A stretch of DNA of 64,000 nucleotides from NCBI GenBank assembly GCA_013239625.1, contig MU053482.1, positions 2,705,168-2,769,167 of the forward strand, read 5' to 3'. The notes beneath the pieces were generated by a model. That model saw only the letters and a list, made by a program, of their open reading frames with translations. It did no database searches and was not told the DNA's origin. Shown here piece after piece: positions 1 to 51,500 of this stretch; within the stretch, counting starts at the first letter, position 1; each line of letters starts with the position of its first letter. Position numbers and translations under genes: made by a program. The stretch is from Lama guanicoe (Eukaryota).

Positions 1-473
1 TTACTACTTAAATTTGGTCCTGATCTCTAGTCCTTCTTCTCAAGGGGGAGATGGGTAGATGTCAAAGAGAGGATGCAAAGACCATTTTAACTTAACTGAG
101 ACATTGTCTCAAAGATACTGGAAAGGAACTTACTAGACTGCACTCTGGAGATAAATGGGCAACAGTTCTAAGTGAATATTTCTGTTATTTGAGCTAAATC
201 CTACATATTTTCATTTTCTTCTTTTTTTTTTCCACCCCTTCTTCCAACTTTCCTTATCCCCTGCTATAGATTCCTAGAACAGGTATTCTAATATCTTTCT
301 ACCTTCAAACCCTTACTCAGAGCAGCTTTGCTGAAATTATTTAAATATTTAAGGATCTGTAAAGCAAGTGTAGGTTTTTATGATGTGTTTAATGGTTTAT
401 TGGCTCTGTTGTTGCTGCGTTATCAGAACACGCTTGGAAAGCATGGGATCTAAATGTAAGCATTGTTCTTGAG

Positions 474-39268
<38,795 letters not shown>

Positions 39269-40230
39269 TCCTCTGAACAGTGGAGCAATAAAGGAAGAGG
39301 AGCCTTTCATCTTCAGGCAGCAGAGATCCATGAAGTCCGGGCCCAGGAAAATTAGAAATTTTCCATTCCTGAAACACTGTACACATTTTTATGCAAAAGT
39401 GGAGAAGGTTTTATTCTCAACACTTTTGTGTATATAACCATTGGAATAGATTTCCCAAACTGATTCATTGTGTACAACAAAGTATGAAATTAGGGCAATA
39501 CAGTAAATTTTTATGTTACTCTTTTATCAGATCACAAACTCCTAGAGTCAACACACAAGACCACTGATGTCTTACAGAGTCTTATGATGGATTTTTAACT
39601 TACTGTGAAAATAAATAAATAAAGGCTATATCTGAAATGTCAAAGGTTCTATTCATCAAACAATCATAATTCCAAAAGCCATCATGGACAATAAAGGATG
39701 TAAAGCCTTCAGATATTTCCCTCAGCTAGTAGAGTGTCTGCAGTTTTTGTTCTACTGTATACTTGTCCATTTTTATTTGTATCTCACGGTTTGAAGACTA
39801 TTCATTATAATTTTCCATCCCTGTTAAATACCAGCTCTTCAAGCTGAAGTGCTAATTATATTAGCATTACATTGAATTATGTATAAAATTACAAAGTTTG
39901 GTTATTTAAAATTAAAAAGTTGAATCCAGTACTTTCTTTTTGTTAAAGATTCTCCTTAGTGTTCAGTTTTTTGTTACTGTTTTTTAAAAATAATGAACTA
40001 TCAAAGTTTGACCACAGGTTGGAGCCCGGGATAACAGTGCTGTAATTGGAAATGGCTTTGCTCTGAAAATTAGGTTAGTGGGTTGGTGTAAATTATTTAT
40101 TTTTGCTTATGTACTTTTGTTTTAAAGCTTATTTACCCTAAAGTTTATTATTAATTTTGAATACAGCCATTTTTTTTACATGTTACCTTTATATTTGTTT
40201 CATTAAATTGGTATGGGGATGGGGGAAATG
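39269..40230 (+). terminator. ZNF143: ZNF143 3'UTR with several candidate polyadenylation signals
   Basis: AU-rich, repeat-free sequence. AATAAA at 39287, 39610/39614/39618 (overlapping) and 39690; ATTAAA at 39911 (followed by T/GT-rich sequence) and 40202. The true 3' end cannot be determined. Confidence 0.7.
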
Positions 40231-42209
40231 TTGCAGAAAATACAAACGTAATAGATTATAATCCAGCATTCATATGTTGAGAGTATATTGTGTATCAAGC
40301 ACAGAATAAGTACTTTTGCATACATTTTTATCTACTCATAACAATTTTGTCAGATATATAGGATTTATTACCCCACTTCTGTACATGAGGAAAGTGAAGG
40401 TACAGAGAGGTTAAGTGTCTACACAGGGCAAAGTCTTGCGGACTCAGACTTTTTGATGCCCACGTCCAAGGTGTTTTTTTCACCACATCACAGCTGCCTT
40501 CTCGGATGATAACAGCTTATGGCAGAGATTATCAAGATGGGCCTTGGTGATTTTTGATTGCCTAGTGACCTGAGCACCTGAAGAACCATCTCTAATGTCG
40601 GAAATTCAGTGTAGGGCCCAGCAAGTTCCAAAAAAAGCGGGCAGAGTCTGTGTGAGGGTTGTCCTGCAACAATCACTCCTTTCTGTAGCTTGTTTGCCAG
40701 AGAGCTGAAATGGGGCTGTTTTTCATTTCAGGCTTTACAGTAAAAAGGAAAAAATGCTGTGCTGTTCTATTTAATATAAATGTTATCTTTGATCAGGTTC
40801 TTTGAAGTCTGGCTAAAAAGGGTCATGACTTAGTCATTTGAAATGGGAAACCCTTCAGGGTTGGGCAGGGGATTGGCTGCTTTCCCTTCAAAGCTCTTCA
40901 TAGATGTAAAACATCAGAGAAGGTCTTAGTCACCCACAGTCTTGGTCTCCATTCTTGACAGAGATATTTAAACACACACACAAGTCCCTGCTGAGGCCCA
41001 GAAAGGGGCCAGCACGGGAGGATAGGGGAAGAACAGAATCTCGAACTTGGGGGGGCTCTCCCGCCTCCTGGTCCAGGGCCCGGCTGCTGACAGAACGCTC
41101 TTCTGCAGGGCCCGGCCAGGTCTGCTGTGCTTTCCAAAACTGAAACCCAAGCTCAGCCTCCCCAGACTTTCCTTCCCTCTGCCTTTGTTCAGATTCCAGG
41201 GTGTTTCTCCCTCACTCTGGCTCCTTTATCAGCTAGATTGGGCAGGGCTGAGCTGGATGCTGCTGGGGGGCCCTGCTTATCCCTCAGCTCAAAAGAAAAT
41301 GCCTTCCTCCTGGCACCAGAGAAAAGGGCAGAGGGGTGCTGCTGGTTTGTCCCTTACCTGTCTTTCCAGGGAAGGGACCTCAAGAGCCGAGAGAAGGTGG
41401 CATCTTGCCCCCAAGGGGCAACTCCAGCTGACGCACTAACAGTTGCTAGTAAAGCTGGTATGGGATTCTTCTCAGTGCAGGGTGCAGAGAGGAGCCATCC
41501 CAAGTTGAAGAGTCCCCGAAAGGCACGTGATGAAACGCGAGAACACTTGAGCAGATGGACTGGTGGGCGCACAACTCTGCAATGTGATCCAGATGACGCT
41601 CAGGGCAAGCCTTTCAGTCCGAGAAAAACACCCCTACTCTATCCCAGACACAACTTGGGGCCACTATAAGGGAAAGTACATTGCTACAATCTGCACTCAT
41701 AAGAATTAGGAAATAAAGAGTATTTGGCTTCCTTAATCCTCTACAGGTGGCAGCTACCCAGAGGGCCAGACCGCTCCCTGTGCCTCCACTTCACCCCTGG
41801 CCATTAGGGGCAAACCGACTTTGGACAGTCTCATGTGCTGCCTTCCTGCATGGCAGCCCCAGGACGAGGTAACTTGGGAAACCACGCACTCAGCGCTGAA
41901 ATGGGCTGGATTCCATGTCTCATCCCAAGGAATTTACATTCCAGTATTTCCTGGCTCAGATAAGTTGTAGATCAGTCAGTCAAGCACCAGTGAGCAGGGG
42001 AGGGGGTGGGTGAAAGGAAAGGTGTACAGCTGGAGTCTGTTTTCAGGGAGGGAAAGGAAAGGGAACACATGGGACATGGAGAAAGGCTGCCCCAGCCCCT
42101 CCCCTGTAAGCACTTCCACACTTAGGTTTCCTTTAAGGATGTGGGGGTGGGGGTGGGGGATCCTTCAAAGAATACTCCAGCCAAATACACTCTTTTCTTT
42201 GGCCTGAGG

Positions 42210-43486
42210 AACAGGGTGTGTGACCAGTATGGTTGAACATGACCCTGCACTTGGGATTTGATGCACTGTGGTTGCAGTCTGGAAATTCTTAATCATTTTA
42301 TCTTTGACTCTTTGTTAAATGAAGTCTCCTGGAATAATGGAGCAGGCACTGGGAACTTGGAGCCTGCACTTACACAGTCCCCATAGTCCCCACTCACCCA
42401 CCCATGGCCTCCCTGGATGGGTTCTCACCACCACTCCTCTGCCTGGCAGGGGCCTGGAGCCAGAGCGGGATGGTGGGTGTCATGGTGGCGGCCATCCTCA
42501 CCCCAGCCTGGCGACACCACAGTGTTCCTGTTGGGCAGCCAACATTAGCTGAGTCTGGACAGGAGCTAGCTCTTGCTCATCCTCGTACTGGATGCGTCCC
42601 AGCTCTGAGTTTTGAAGATACCTTCGAAAGATACCTTTTGAAGAAGCACGTTTGCTGTGGGCTGGGGTGGAGGCCTGTGGGGATGGGAAATTGGTAGCTG
42701 TCAGGCTGAAGTGACACCTGCTCCAGACATCCATGGGGTCCTGTGCCCCGGAGGCCTCTTTCTGTAGGCTCTGTGCTGGTGGCAGGGGGAGAGGGGAGTC
42801 CACTTCCTCCTATTTTTCCTGAGCCTGGCTGTTTGTGTCTTCTAGCCAGCTCAAGGCACCCTCCCAGAATGAGCCAAAAAATGAAAATGGTATTATTTCA
42901 GTGATTCTAAATACAAGTTAAATCCTCTGACATTTTCATTGAAAACTGATAATGTACAATATAAAGATGAAGGGTAAAATTCATGCTAAAAACTTAAGTC
43001 TTTAATTTTTCTTAGGACTATGTTGAATAGCAAATTAAAGGCACCATGACAAGTCAAGAGACTGCAGAAGAAAGAAAAACCTTATGTATTCTTTTATGTG
43101 TATGTGTGCTGGGGGCTAAAATATACATAACATAAAATTTACCATTTTAACCACTTTGGAGTGTACAGTTCAGTGTCATTAAGTACATTCACAAACATCA
43201 CCACCATCCATCTCCAAAATATTTTCATCTTCCTAGACTGAAATTACCCATTGAACAAAAACTCCCCCTCCTGCTCCCTCCAGCCCCTGGCAACCACCAT
43301 TCTACTTCCTGTCTCTATGACTTTGGCTACTATAAGTACCTCATATAAGTAGAATCATACATGCTATTTGTCCTTCTGTGTCTGGCTTTATGTACACCTA
43401 TAACAGCCCTTTTTTCCTGCTTCTTGACCAAGAGGCCCCATATTTTCTTTTTGTCCTAAGCCCTACAGAATATGTAGCCTGCCCTG
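42210..43486 (+). mobile_element. Long MER45-like hAT-Tip100 element interrupted by a minus-strand L1 3' fragment (~43115-43390)
   Basis: 5' part ...TGGAAATTCTTAAT and 3' end GAGGCCCCATATTTTC...TATGTAGCCTGCCCTG resemble MER45 termini and the short copy at 46900-47021. Confidence 0.65.
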
Positions 43487-44796
43487 CTGAGGAGAGTTCT
43501 TCAATTCTCTTTCTGCTGTCACACAAGAAGTGTGACTCGTGTTTGGGGAATATATTATATGCTTCTATTTTTAGATTATGGGCTCCCTTAGGATAACCAA
43601 GAACTTCTACTTCCCCATAACTCCTGGAGGTCCTGCAAAGCAGGTCACCTCTAGTTGTACCCTCCAGCTCTAAACTCACCTGGAAGTACAGAGAGTCCTC
43701 AATTCTCCATGCAGCAGTTTCATTTGCCTCCAGAGCATGGCTAAAATGGGAAGACAGAAAGTAAGTCATGCTGAGAGGAAAGAACGCTCAAGGTTCAGGA
43801 CAACTGCACGAACAGTTAAAATGACAATTATCTGGCAAAAGTTTTTCTTTTTACTTTTCTGTGTTCAAGTAAAAGAAAATAGGATTCCTACTTTAATGTC
43901 AATCCCAAATTTCTCCTACTTTGCCTTACTTCTGCAGGGTTTCCCTGGACACACAGAAGGCATCCAAAAAAGCTCTCCAGAAGACAGAACACCCTAACTA
44001 GTCTGTCTAAACGCCTATCTGCCTAAGAAAGGATGTGGAAAACAACTCTTAGTTGCAGACTCAGTCACAGTGCCCTCCAGATAATTCCTGCAATTTCTAT
44101 GGAGAAAGAGGTAAAATCTCTGCTGTTGCAAGGGAGCTGCCTTATCTTTTTAAATAGGGGACTTTTACTCAAACCCAGTGACAGGACTTTTGTGCCAATG
44201 AGGACCCTGGGAGGGCAATAGGCCCCAGCTGGGAGCAGCTCTTACCCTCACTAGACCTTCTGCCCATATAAAACTGATTAGCCAAGCATTTTCCCCACTA
44301 CCTTATAGCTTTTCTAACATCCTGAAATTACTTAATGTTCTTTTAAACAGAAAATCAGGAACAACAGGAAAGTGGACCATTTTTTCTGCAAAGGTGATCT
44401 TCACTATTGTGAAACTGGTGAAACTTTGTGGGTATTTCAAAGTCAAAAAGAAAGGAATTATCAAGATAAATCAGGAGTTTGCACCTCTTTGGGAGCGATA
44501 GAAATGTCAGCCATCTTGATTGTGGTGGTGGTTTCACAGGTGTACACATCTAGTAAAATGCATCAAATTGTACATCTGAAATATATGTAGTTTACTGTAC
44601 AGAAATCATACCACAATAAAGGTGTCTAAAAAAAGATAAATAGGATTTAGGTTGACCTCTAATATATCTCTACTGAAATAATTAAATTTTACAAAAAATT
44701 TTTTTAAAAAAGAAGGAATTAGTTTAGTAATGAAAAACACTAGGGTGAGCCTTGGGGTCAGCTACCAGCAGGAGTCAGTAAGTAGGTTCGGGGAGC

Positions 44797-45305
44797 AATG
44801 GTGGGGAAATAGAAAGGAACCTGTGACTGCTTGCACTGTCGTCAGGTACAGGGCATGATCAAGAGTGTTATGCTGGGCTTCCGCTACAAAATGAGGTCTG
44901 TGTATATTCATTTCTCCATCAACGTCATTATTCAGGAGAATGGTTACCTGACTGAAATCCAAAATTTGGGGGGTGAAAAATAGTGTTCGGATGAGGCCAG
45001 GCGTTGCTTGTTTGGTATCTCAAGCCCAGAAAGATGAGTTAATTTTTGAAGAAAACAACATTGGATTTGTGTCAAATTCAGCTGCATAGATTCAGCAAGC
45101 CACAACAGTTAAAAACAAGGATATCAGGCAATTTTTGGATGGAAATTTTTGTGAAAAAGGAACTATGTTTCCGAAAAGAGAACAGTTCAGCAGGCTGATG
45201 AATAAGATCTAAGTTGTCCAGCTACAGAAAGAGCAGGATGCCAGATGATTCTTCAGACTCATTTGTGATATTTTTAAGGATGCAATAAAAGCTCTATTGA
45301 TTTGG
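44797..45305 (+). pseudogene. RPL9 (uL6) processed pseudogene, 5'-truncated and degenerate
   Basis: Intronless fragments translate to WWGNRKE...[30 protein letters not shown]...[50 protein letters not shown]...TVQQADE*, matching the RPL9 C-terminal two-thirds. Frameshifts and an internal stop are present; TAA 45203-45205; 3'UTR with AATAAA at 45284. Confidence 0.92.
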
Positions 45306-46899
45306 GGGGTAAAAAGAGTACTTGTTTGCAGCACTGCTCATAATAGCAAAAGTTTGAAAACAGCCTAATGGCAGACCTTAGATAAAGTATGGGAGAGTCC
45401 TGCTGCTTTAGGCTCCTCCAAACCTCAGCATTGTGTGGGAGGGTTTTGGTGGGCTGCTTTGGGGAGTTCGGGGACGGACTGGTCACATGATGTTGTCGGC
45501 TGAATAATGCCACCCCCAAATATGTCTGTGTCCTAATTTCCAGAGTCTGTGAATGTTATTCTATATGCATTAATATGAAACAATCTTTAAGAAATAGTAC
45601 ATGAAAAAGCAAGGTGCAGAAGAGTATGCAATATATACCATAACTTCTTATAAAAATATTTTAAAGATTATATGTATTTGCATAAACCATTCATAAAGGA
45701 TACAAGAAAACAGTAATATTGGCTGCCTCTGGAGAATAGGCTGGAAGCAGGGGTGGGTGAGAGAGAGACACTTTTACTGTATAACTTTTTATGCTTTTTG
45801 AATTTTGTATTATAAGCTTTTTATTATTTATTTTAAAATAAACTTATTCTTTGTTTTCAAGAAAGAATCTCAATGACAGGTCCTCTCCCTCAAGCAAATG
45901 GTACTTTGTTAAAAGATTTTCTGTCTTTGGTCATCAAATTTGAGCTACAGGGCTTAAATATAAGGCTGGCTGATGCAAGTTGATCATAATAGTTTGAATT
46001 CAGGTTTTACCGTTAGGTTTGAAATGTAAAAGTATGACGACTTTTAGTAATACATTCTTTAAGGATTGGTGGACTACTTGTCTGGGCTACTCATCCCTAA
46101 ACATTCAGCCATTTTCAGTGTAGGACTGCACCCTGCACCCCCATAATTAGAGAGGCCCACTCACTGATCACTTCTCCAGGACAGCCTGACGTAATGGAAG
46201 GGCACAGGGAAGGGACCTTGCCCCTGTTCAGATCTCTGACCTGAACAAAAAAGGACCTAATTTCCTTCCAGTTTCCTTGGGAACCCACAAGCCGACAAGA
46301 CAACTTCAGCCCTCCTTTTCTATAATCAGCATGTGCTGGTGCTCTGGAGAAGTTTAAAAAAAAAAACCTCTGCCTGTAGAAGTTAAAAAAAACTGTTGCC
46401 TTTAACTACCCTCTTCGGCTAGCTTTCTTTCTCTTTCTTCCTTATTGGGTATCAGAAGAGGATGAGGAGGAGATTTTTATTCCAAAGCTCACTGTTTCTT
46501 ACTCATACCACATGTGCTGTGACTTCAGACTTGCTCATTCAGAGGAAGAGGGGCCTGTTTCCAGCCCCACCTCTGAAATCAGAGAGTTAGAACTTAGCCT
46601 AATGCACTCAACCACTAGGAAAAATTTTCAAGTTTTTCTAACAACTCTTCAATCAGTGACAAATCAAACTGAATTATAGATCAGTTTTAACTATATAGCA
46701 ATGAGAATGTATGGTCTTTAACTACATGTAAAAGTATGAATGATCCTCGGAAATATAATGCTGAGTAAAAAGAAGCTAGATGCAAAAGCATACAGGCCAA
46801 ACTATTCACATTATTTGAAGTCAGGACAGTGGATACCCTTGGTAGGGCCAGGGCTGGGGATGAAAAGAGAGCCCAGAGGGGAGTTGAAGGGCATATGAG

Positions 46900-47021
46900 T
46901 AGGGCCAGGCATTTAGAAAGCTGATTTAATACTCTGCTTTCACCACCTTAAAGTTCTTAATAAAATTTGAACATTGCATTTTCATTTTTCATTGGGCCCT
47001 GTAAATTATGTAGCTGGATCT
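46900..47021 (+). mobile_element. MER45A-like short hAT element
   Basis: TTTAATACTCTGCT...AAGTTCTTAATAAAATTTGAAC...CATTTTCATTT...GGGCCCTGTAAATTATGTAGCTGG. Confidence 0.7.
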
Positions 47022-47149
47022 AGGCATTGGTAGTCTCCTATTTCCTAATCTGGGTGTTGAATTTGTGAATATTCAACAAACCATACATATTTTGATACGT
47101 TTGCTTTTCTGTATGTGTATTATACTTAAGTATAAAGTTTAAAAAACTG

Positions 47150-48575
47150 AACTATAGACTATTCTAAAAATAAGTCAATGAAACCTTACTTAAGGAACTC
47201 AGCCAAAGTTGTATTCACAAGAAAATTCATGACCTTAAACACTTTTACTGTTGAATAAGAAAAAAATAAAAGTTCATTAAAAAGCAGACAACACAGCAAG
47301 TTAGAAAGGGGTAAAAAGTCACAGCAACTCAATTAAAAAAATAGAGTGAAACAAAAAACAAAAAGTCACAACAAAGCAAAATTTAAAGAAGGTAAAAGGA
47401 AGAAATTAATAAAGACAAAAGCAAAATAAATTATTTCAAAGTCAGAAAAATAATATAACTCATTAATAAATCTAAGATTTAGTTTTTTGGTGTGGGAGGA
47501 AAGCAAACAAAACTTATAAACCACTAGCTAAATTGATAAAAAAGATAAAACATAAATATACAAGTTAGGAATGAGAAAGGGCTTACAACCATGGGTACAG
47601 AGGAAACAACAAGAAATCCAAGTGAATACTTTGCCTAATCCTACGCTATTACAATTTAAAATCTGAATGAAATGGCTAATACTCAAGGAAATGTAAATTG
47701 CCAACAGGGACTCAAAAACAGCAGAAAATCTAAGCAGATAAATAATCATGAACAAAAGCTGTCAAAAACTATACTTTAAAAAAATAGTAAATAAATAAAT
47801 AATTTTAAAAAATAAAATAAAATGCTGAACCTAGACACATTAAGGAGCAACTTCTTTCAGACTTTCAGGGAATCAATCATTCTCATTCTATTAAAGCTAT
47901 TCCAAAGTACAAAGAAAGAAGCAAACATTTTGGTTTCATGAAGCCAAAATTTTACAAAGACTATACAACAGGAAAACTATGAACCAGTTCCATTTATAAA
48001 TATAGATGCAAAACACCTAAATGAAATATATGAACATAATTTTGCAGTATAGTTTAAAAGCAACTTGACTACAGTTTATTTCAGGAAGGATAGAATGGCA
48101 TAAAATAAGGAAATCCATTAATCTAATTCACCACAGAAATAATTTAAAACAAGAAAAAAGCAGAATAACTAAGAGAAATGCTAAAAATGTGGTATGATTG
48201 AATAGTCATTCCTCACAAATATTCTGACAAAAGGAAAAGAACACTTTAATATAACAGATATAAATCATGTCTATGTGCACACATATACATATACACATCT
48301 TATCAAACGATATTATCCTTAATATCCCCATTAAAGTCAGGAGCAAGACAAGGATGCTCACCATTTCTCCTATAATTAGCACCATGCTCTAATCAGCTGA
48401 GCTAACCAGCCACTAAACACCTCTCTTGTTATTTAATGTTGTTCTGGAAGTGTTGGTTAATGCAATTAGACAATAAAATAAGAGTCATAAATACTAGGAA
48501 AAAGGAATTACCAATTATATGATTGTCTACCTAGAAATCCAAAATAATCAACTAAAAACTTGTTAGAAACAATAC
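47150..48575 (+). mobile_element. Old LINE-1 ORF2 fragment (endonuclease to RT region)
   Basis: A-rich strand; TCAGGAGCAAGACAAGGATG, TATATGATTGTCTACCTAGAAATCC (decayed ADDMIVYLENP). Confidence 0.8.
48375..48411 (-). pseudogene. 5'-half tRNA-Ile(AAT) retro-fragment (tailless retropseudogene)
   Basis: The reverse complement GGCTGGTTAGCTCAGCTGATTAGAGCATGGTGCTAAT matches nt 1-37 of mammalian tRNA-Ile-AAT as recalled (33/37) and stops at the anticodon. Confidence 0.8.
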
Positions 48576-51500
48576 AGGAGCACAGAACGTGTTCTGTGTG
48601 TTTATTTTATCCTTGCCATTTTTCTGTGCTGTTGTTGTTTCTAACAACTGGTTGAGAAGCATACAGACACACAGGCCCCCGGAAGTCAGCAGAGCTTGGT
48701 AGTGCTGGGTGGGTGTGGGGCATCAAATACAAACAAGACCTGGCTGCTTCAGAAACCTTGAAGGCAAGGCAGGTGATGCAGTCAGCACTGGCAGCAGTGT
48801 GTGTGAGCAATTCTATGCCCCAAATTGAGCTCCTAACTCAGCTAATATTCTGAAGCTGGTAACCAGGGACGAAGCCTTTTATTCTGTACTGAGAAGTGAG
48901 CCTGTAATAAATCAGAGGGATGCTGGAAGCCCCTTCCTTATCAGCACCTCCCCAAAGTCTGCAGCCAGAGCACAGAGGTGCTTGTCTGAGATCGGCAGGG
49001 AGACCAGTCTAGATGAAGAAACCAGGCTAAGAAAACAGGAGCACGGGCTCCTTTCCCAAGAGCAAAGCCAGAGGAGGGAGATAGGAGGTAAGGAAACGAG
49101 GAAAGGGAAGGGGGGATCAGGCATCAGTGAATGGAAAGAGAGGAGAGCTCCAGTACGTCAGAAAAGGCAGAGTAAGGATCCCCAGGACTTGTGCCGTATT
49201 CCACCTGCCCCATCCTGTTTTAGAGCAATGATCCAGCCTTTCTCCTGGCTCTCTCTTTAGCTGGTCCCTAGGCCCTTTGTCTTGTTCTCTCAATCCATAC
49301 AACAACCTTAGAAGTGAGATCTTTTGATAATTTTGTAAATTTCTCCAGATGTCTTCCCTGTGGTACATATATTTGCTTTAGGTTAATTTTTAAAATGGAA
49401 TCATTATACAATTTTGCAACCTTTTCTTCCATTTTATCTTACTATCTTTTCATTTCGTACATATAGCTCTATCTCATTACTTTGCAAACTGTGATTACTA
49501 AGTATTTAACGCACATTTAGGTGGCTTCCAATTTTGGGTATTATAAACAATGCCTAGAACACAATTCCTCCAGATCTTCATTTGGCTGATTGCCTCATTT
49601 CACTCAGATTCCTGCTCAAATGCTGCCTCCTCAGAAAGGCTTTCCTAGATCATCCTATTTAAAATAGCACCTCCCTCCAACTCTACCATTTCTTAATCCC
49701 TGGCACCTCCCCCCTTTTTTTTATAGCATTTATCACTACTTGATCTTTTTTGTACATTTGTTTACTCATATATTGCCTGTCTCCACCAGAGATCTCAAAG
49801 TTTCATGAAAGTAAGGACTTTATTTCATTTCACTGCTGTGTTCTTAGTTTCCAGAAGAGTGCCAGGCCCATGGGGCCTCGTTAAGTATTTATTGAATGAA
49901 TTAATACAACAATAAACATTCTTTTACATAATCTTGGAAATCTGTACAAATGTTCAGTAGCATTGCTGAGTCAATGATTATAAACATTTAAATTGTAACA
50001 GAAATTATCAGAACAATCTTTCAAAGATGGTACCAAATTACACCCACCCCCCATGGTAAATGAGAGTGCATTTCTCCAAACTCTCTGCCACAAAAGATAG
50101 TATCAATCTTTGTAATCTTTCCTCTTGATTTTAGAATTTAAAATACATGTGGGTTTTATGGTATCGCAAAAAAGTAGATGTGCCAAGTCCGACTGTCTCT
50201 GGCTTCCATTCACACCGTACAAGATGTGTGCCCTGCTGTGCACGCTCTAGCAGCAAACTGCTGGGTCCTGTGACCCTATCTTCATAAAGTCTCCCAGTTT
50301 AGTTCTCAGCCTCACCTTACCCTATTCTTGCAGGGGTAGAAAGAGCTAGTCTCAGTGATACCGGCTCTATGTGTGTGATACAGGCATTTAACCTGTCTGG
50401 GTTTAATTTTCTTCATCTGTAAAATGTGAATGAAAATACCTCTCTTGGAGGTTTCCTATAAAGATTAAATAAAATAAATAATGTAAAGCATCTGGCTCAG
50501 TGCCTACCATATAGCTGGCACTATAGCTTTCCCAGCGCCCTCCCAAGCACCCCAGCTTTTTCTAGCACCTAGGACATTTCTCATATTCTGACCTGTGTAA
50601 AGGTAAGGGGCAGAGTGTAGCATGTGGACGGTGCTTGAACATAGCAGGCACTCAATAGAAGATGCCAGGTAGAGTTGAATTCTCCATTCAGGAACTAGTT
50701 CGTCCTTACCAGTATGTTTTTTCCCATGTACATATTTACATCACCAATTGGCTGATCGTATGACACGCTGCTGGGTACTTTCTACCAACTAGCTACTGGA
50801 TGAGCTCATCTCTCAGTTCTGTCTGGGCTGAGCAAGGCCTTTTACAGAACTTTAAAACTGACTCACCACTGAGTCATCAAAACATAGCAATACCCCAAAA
50901 CACCCCTGTTGCTACACAAAAGACCAGCATGGGATAGCTGCCTTATCTCCTTTTCCTCTCCTACTGAGTCAGGGCCCCTTGATTCACTGGAGAGGACTCA
51001 TCACATCGTCTATGCTGCAGTAATCTGAACAAAGCTGGTTTAGATAATCACAGTATGGCTAGCAGACAACTGGCAGTCCTTGTGGTCATCCAGGTCATTT
51101 CCTGTGTAAGTCACTAACCCAGGAGGAGAGGCAATTAATCAATTACGAGACTGTGTATTTAGCACTGGCATTCTGTTAGGCACTCATGATTCTTCCTGTT
51201 TATAACATTTCTGTGAAGCGACCTTTTCAGGTACTGAAACTCATTAAGAATACAGAGAAAAGCAGCCCTTTGAATTCCAGTAAAGAAAAAAAAAAGTAAT
51301 GTTGCAGAAAATGTGGCTACTTAATTCCATTCCAGTCTAAAAGAGTTTTAGCCAACAGGAAAAATGATATTTTGGCTAACTGCCTCACAGAGCTTTAATT
51401 TTAAATGTTGGTTGAGAACGCCTCTCTTATCTAGGAATGATATGGCTAGTGGTCAGTATTTTCTCTTGGGAAAAGTCCTAAAGCTAGCATCATTGCCACA

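Noticed and set aside
41047..41669. 130-aa and 180-aa intergenic ORFs
   Set aside because: No recognisable homology, non-ATG starts, and consistent with chance in a GC-richer stretch.
41729..41746. U12-type branch point (TTCCTTAAT) close to an AG
   Set aside because: No RTATCCTT minor-class donor was found in the nearby upstream sequence.
49964..49973. Perfect ARE/MARE TGCTGAGTCA (also TGACTCAGCA at 31681-31690)
   Set aside because: Both sit in L1 remnants, one substitution away from the common L1 word TGACCCAGCA, and have no independent support.
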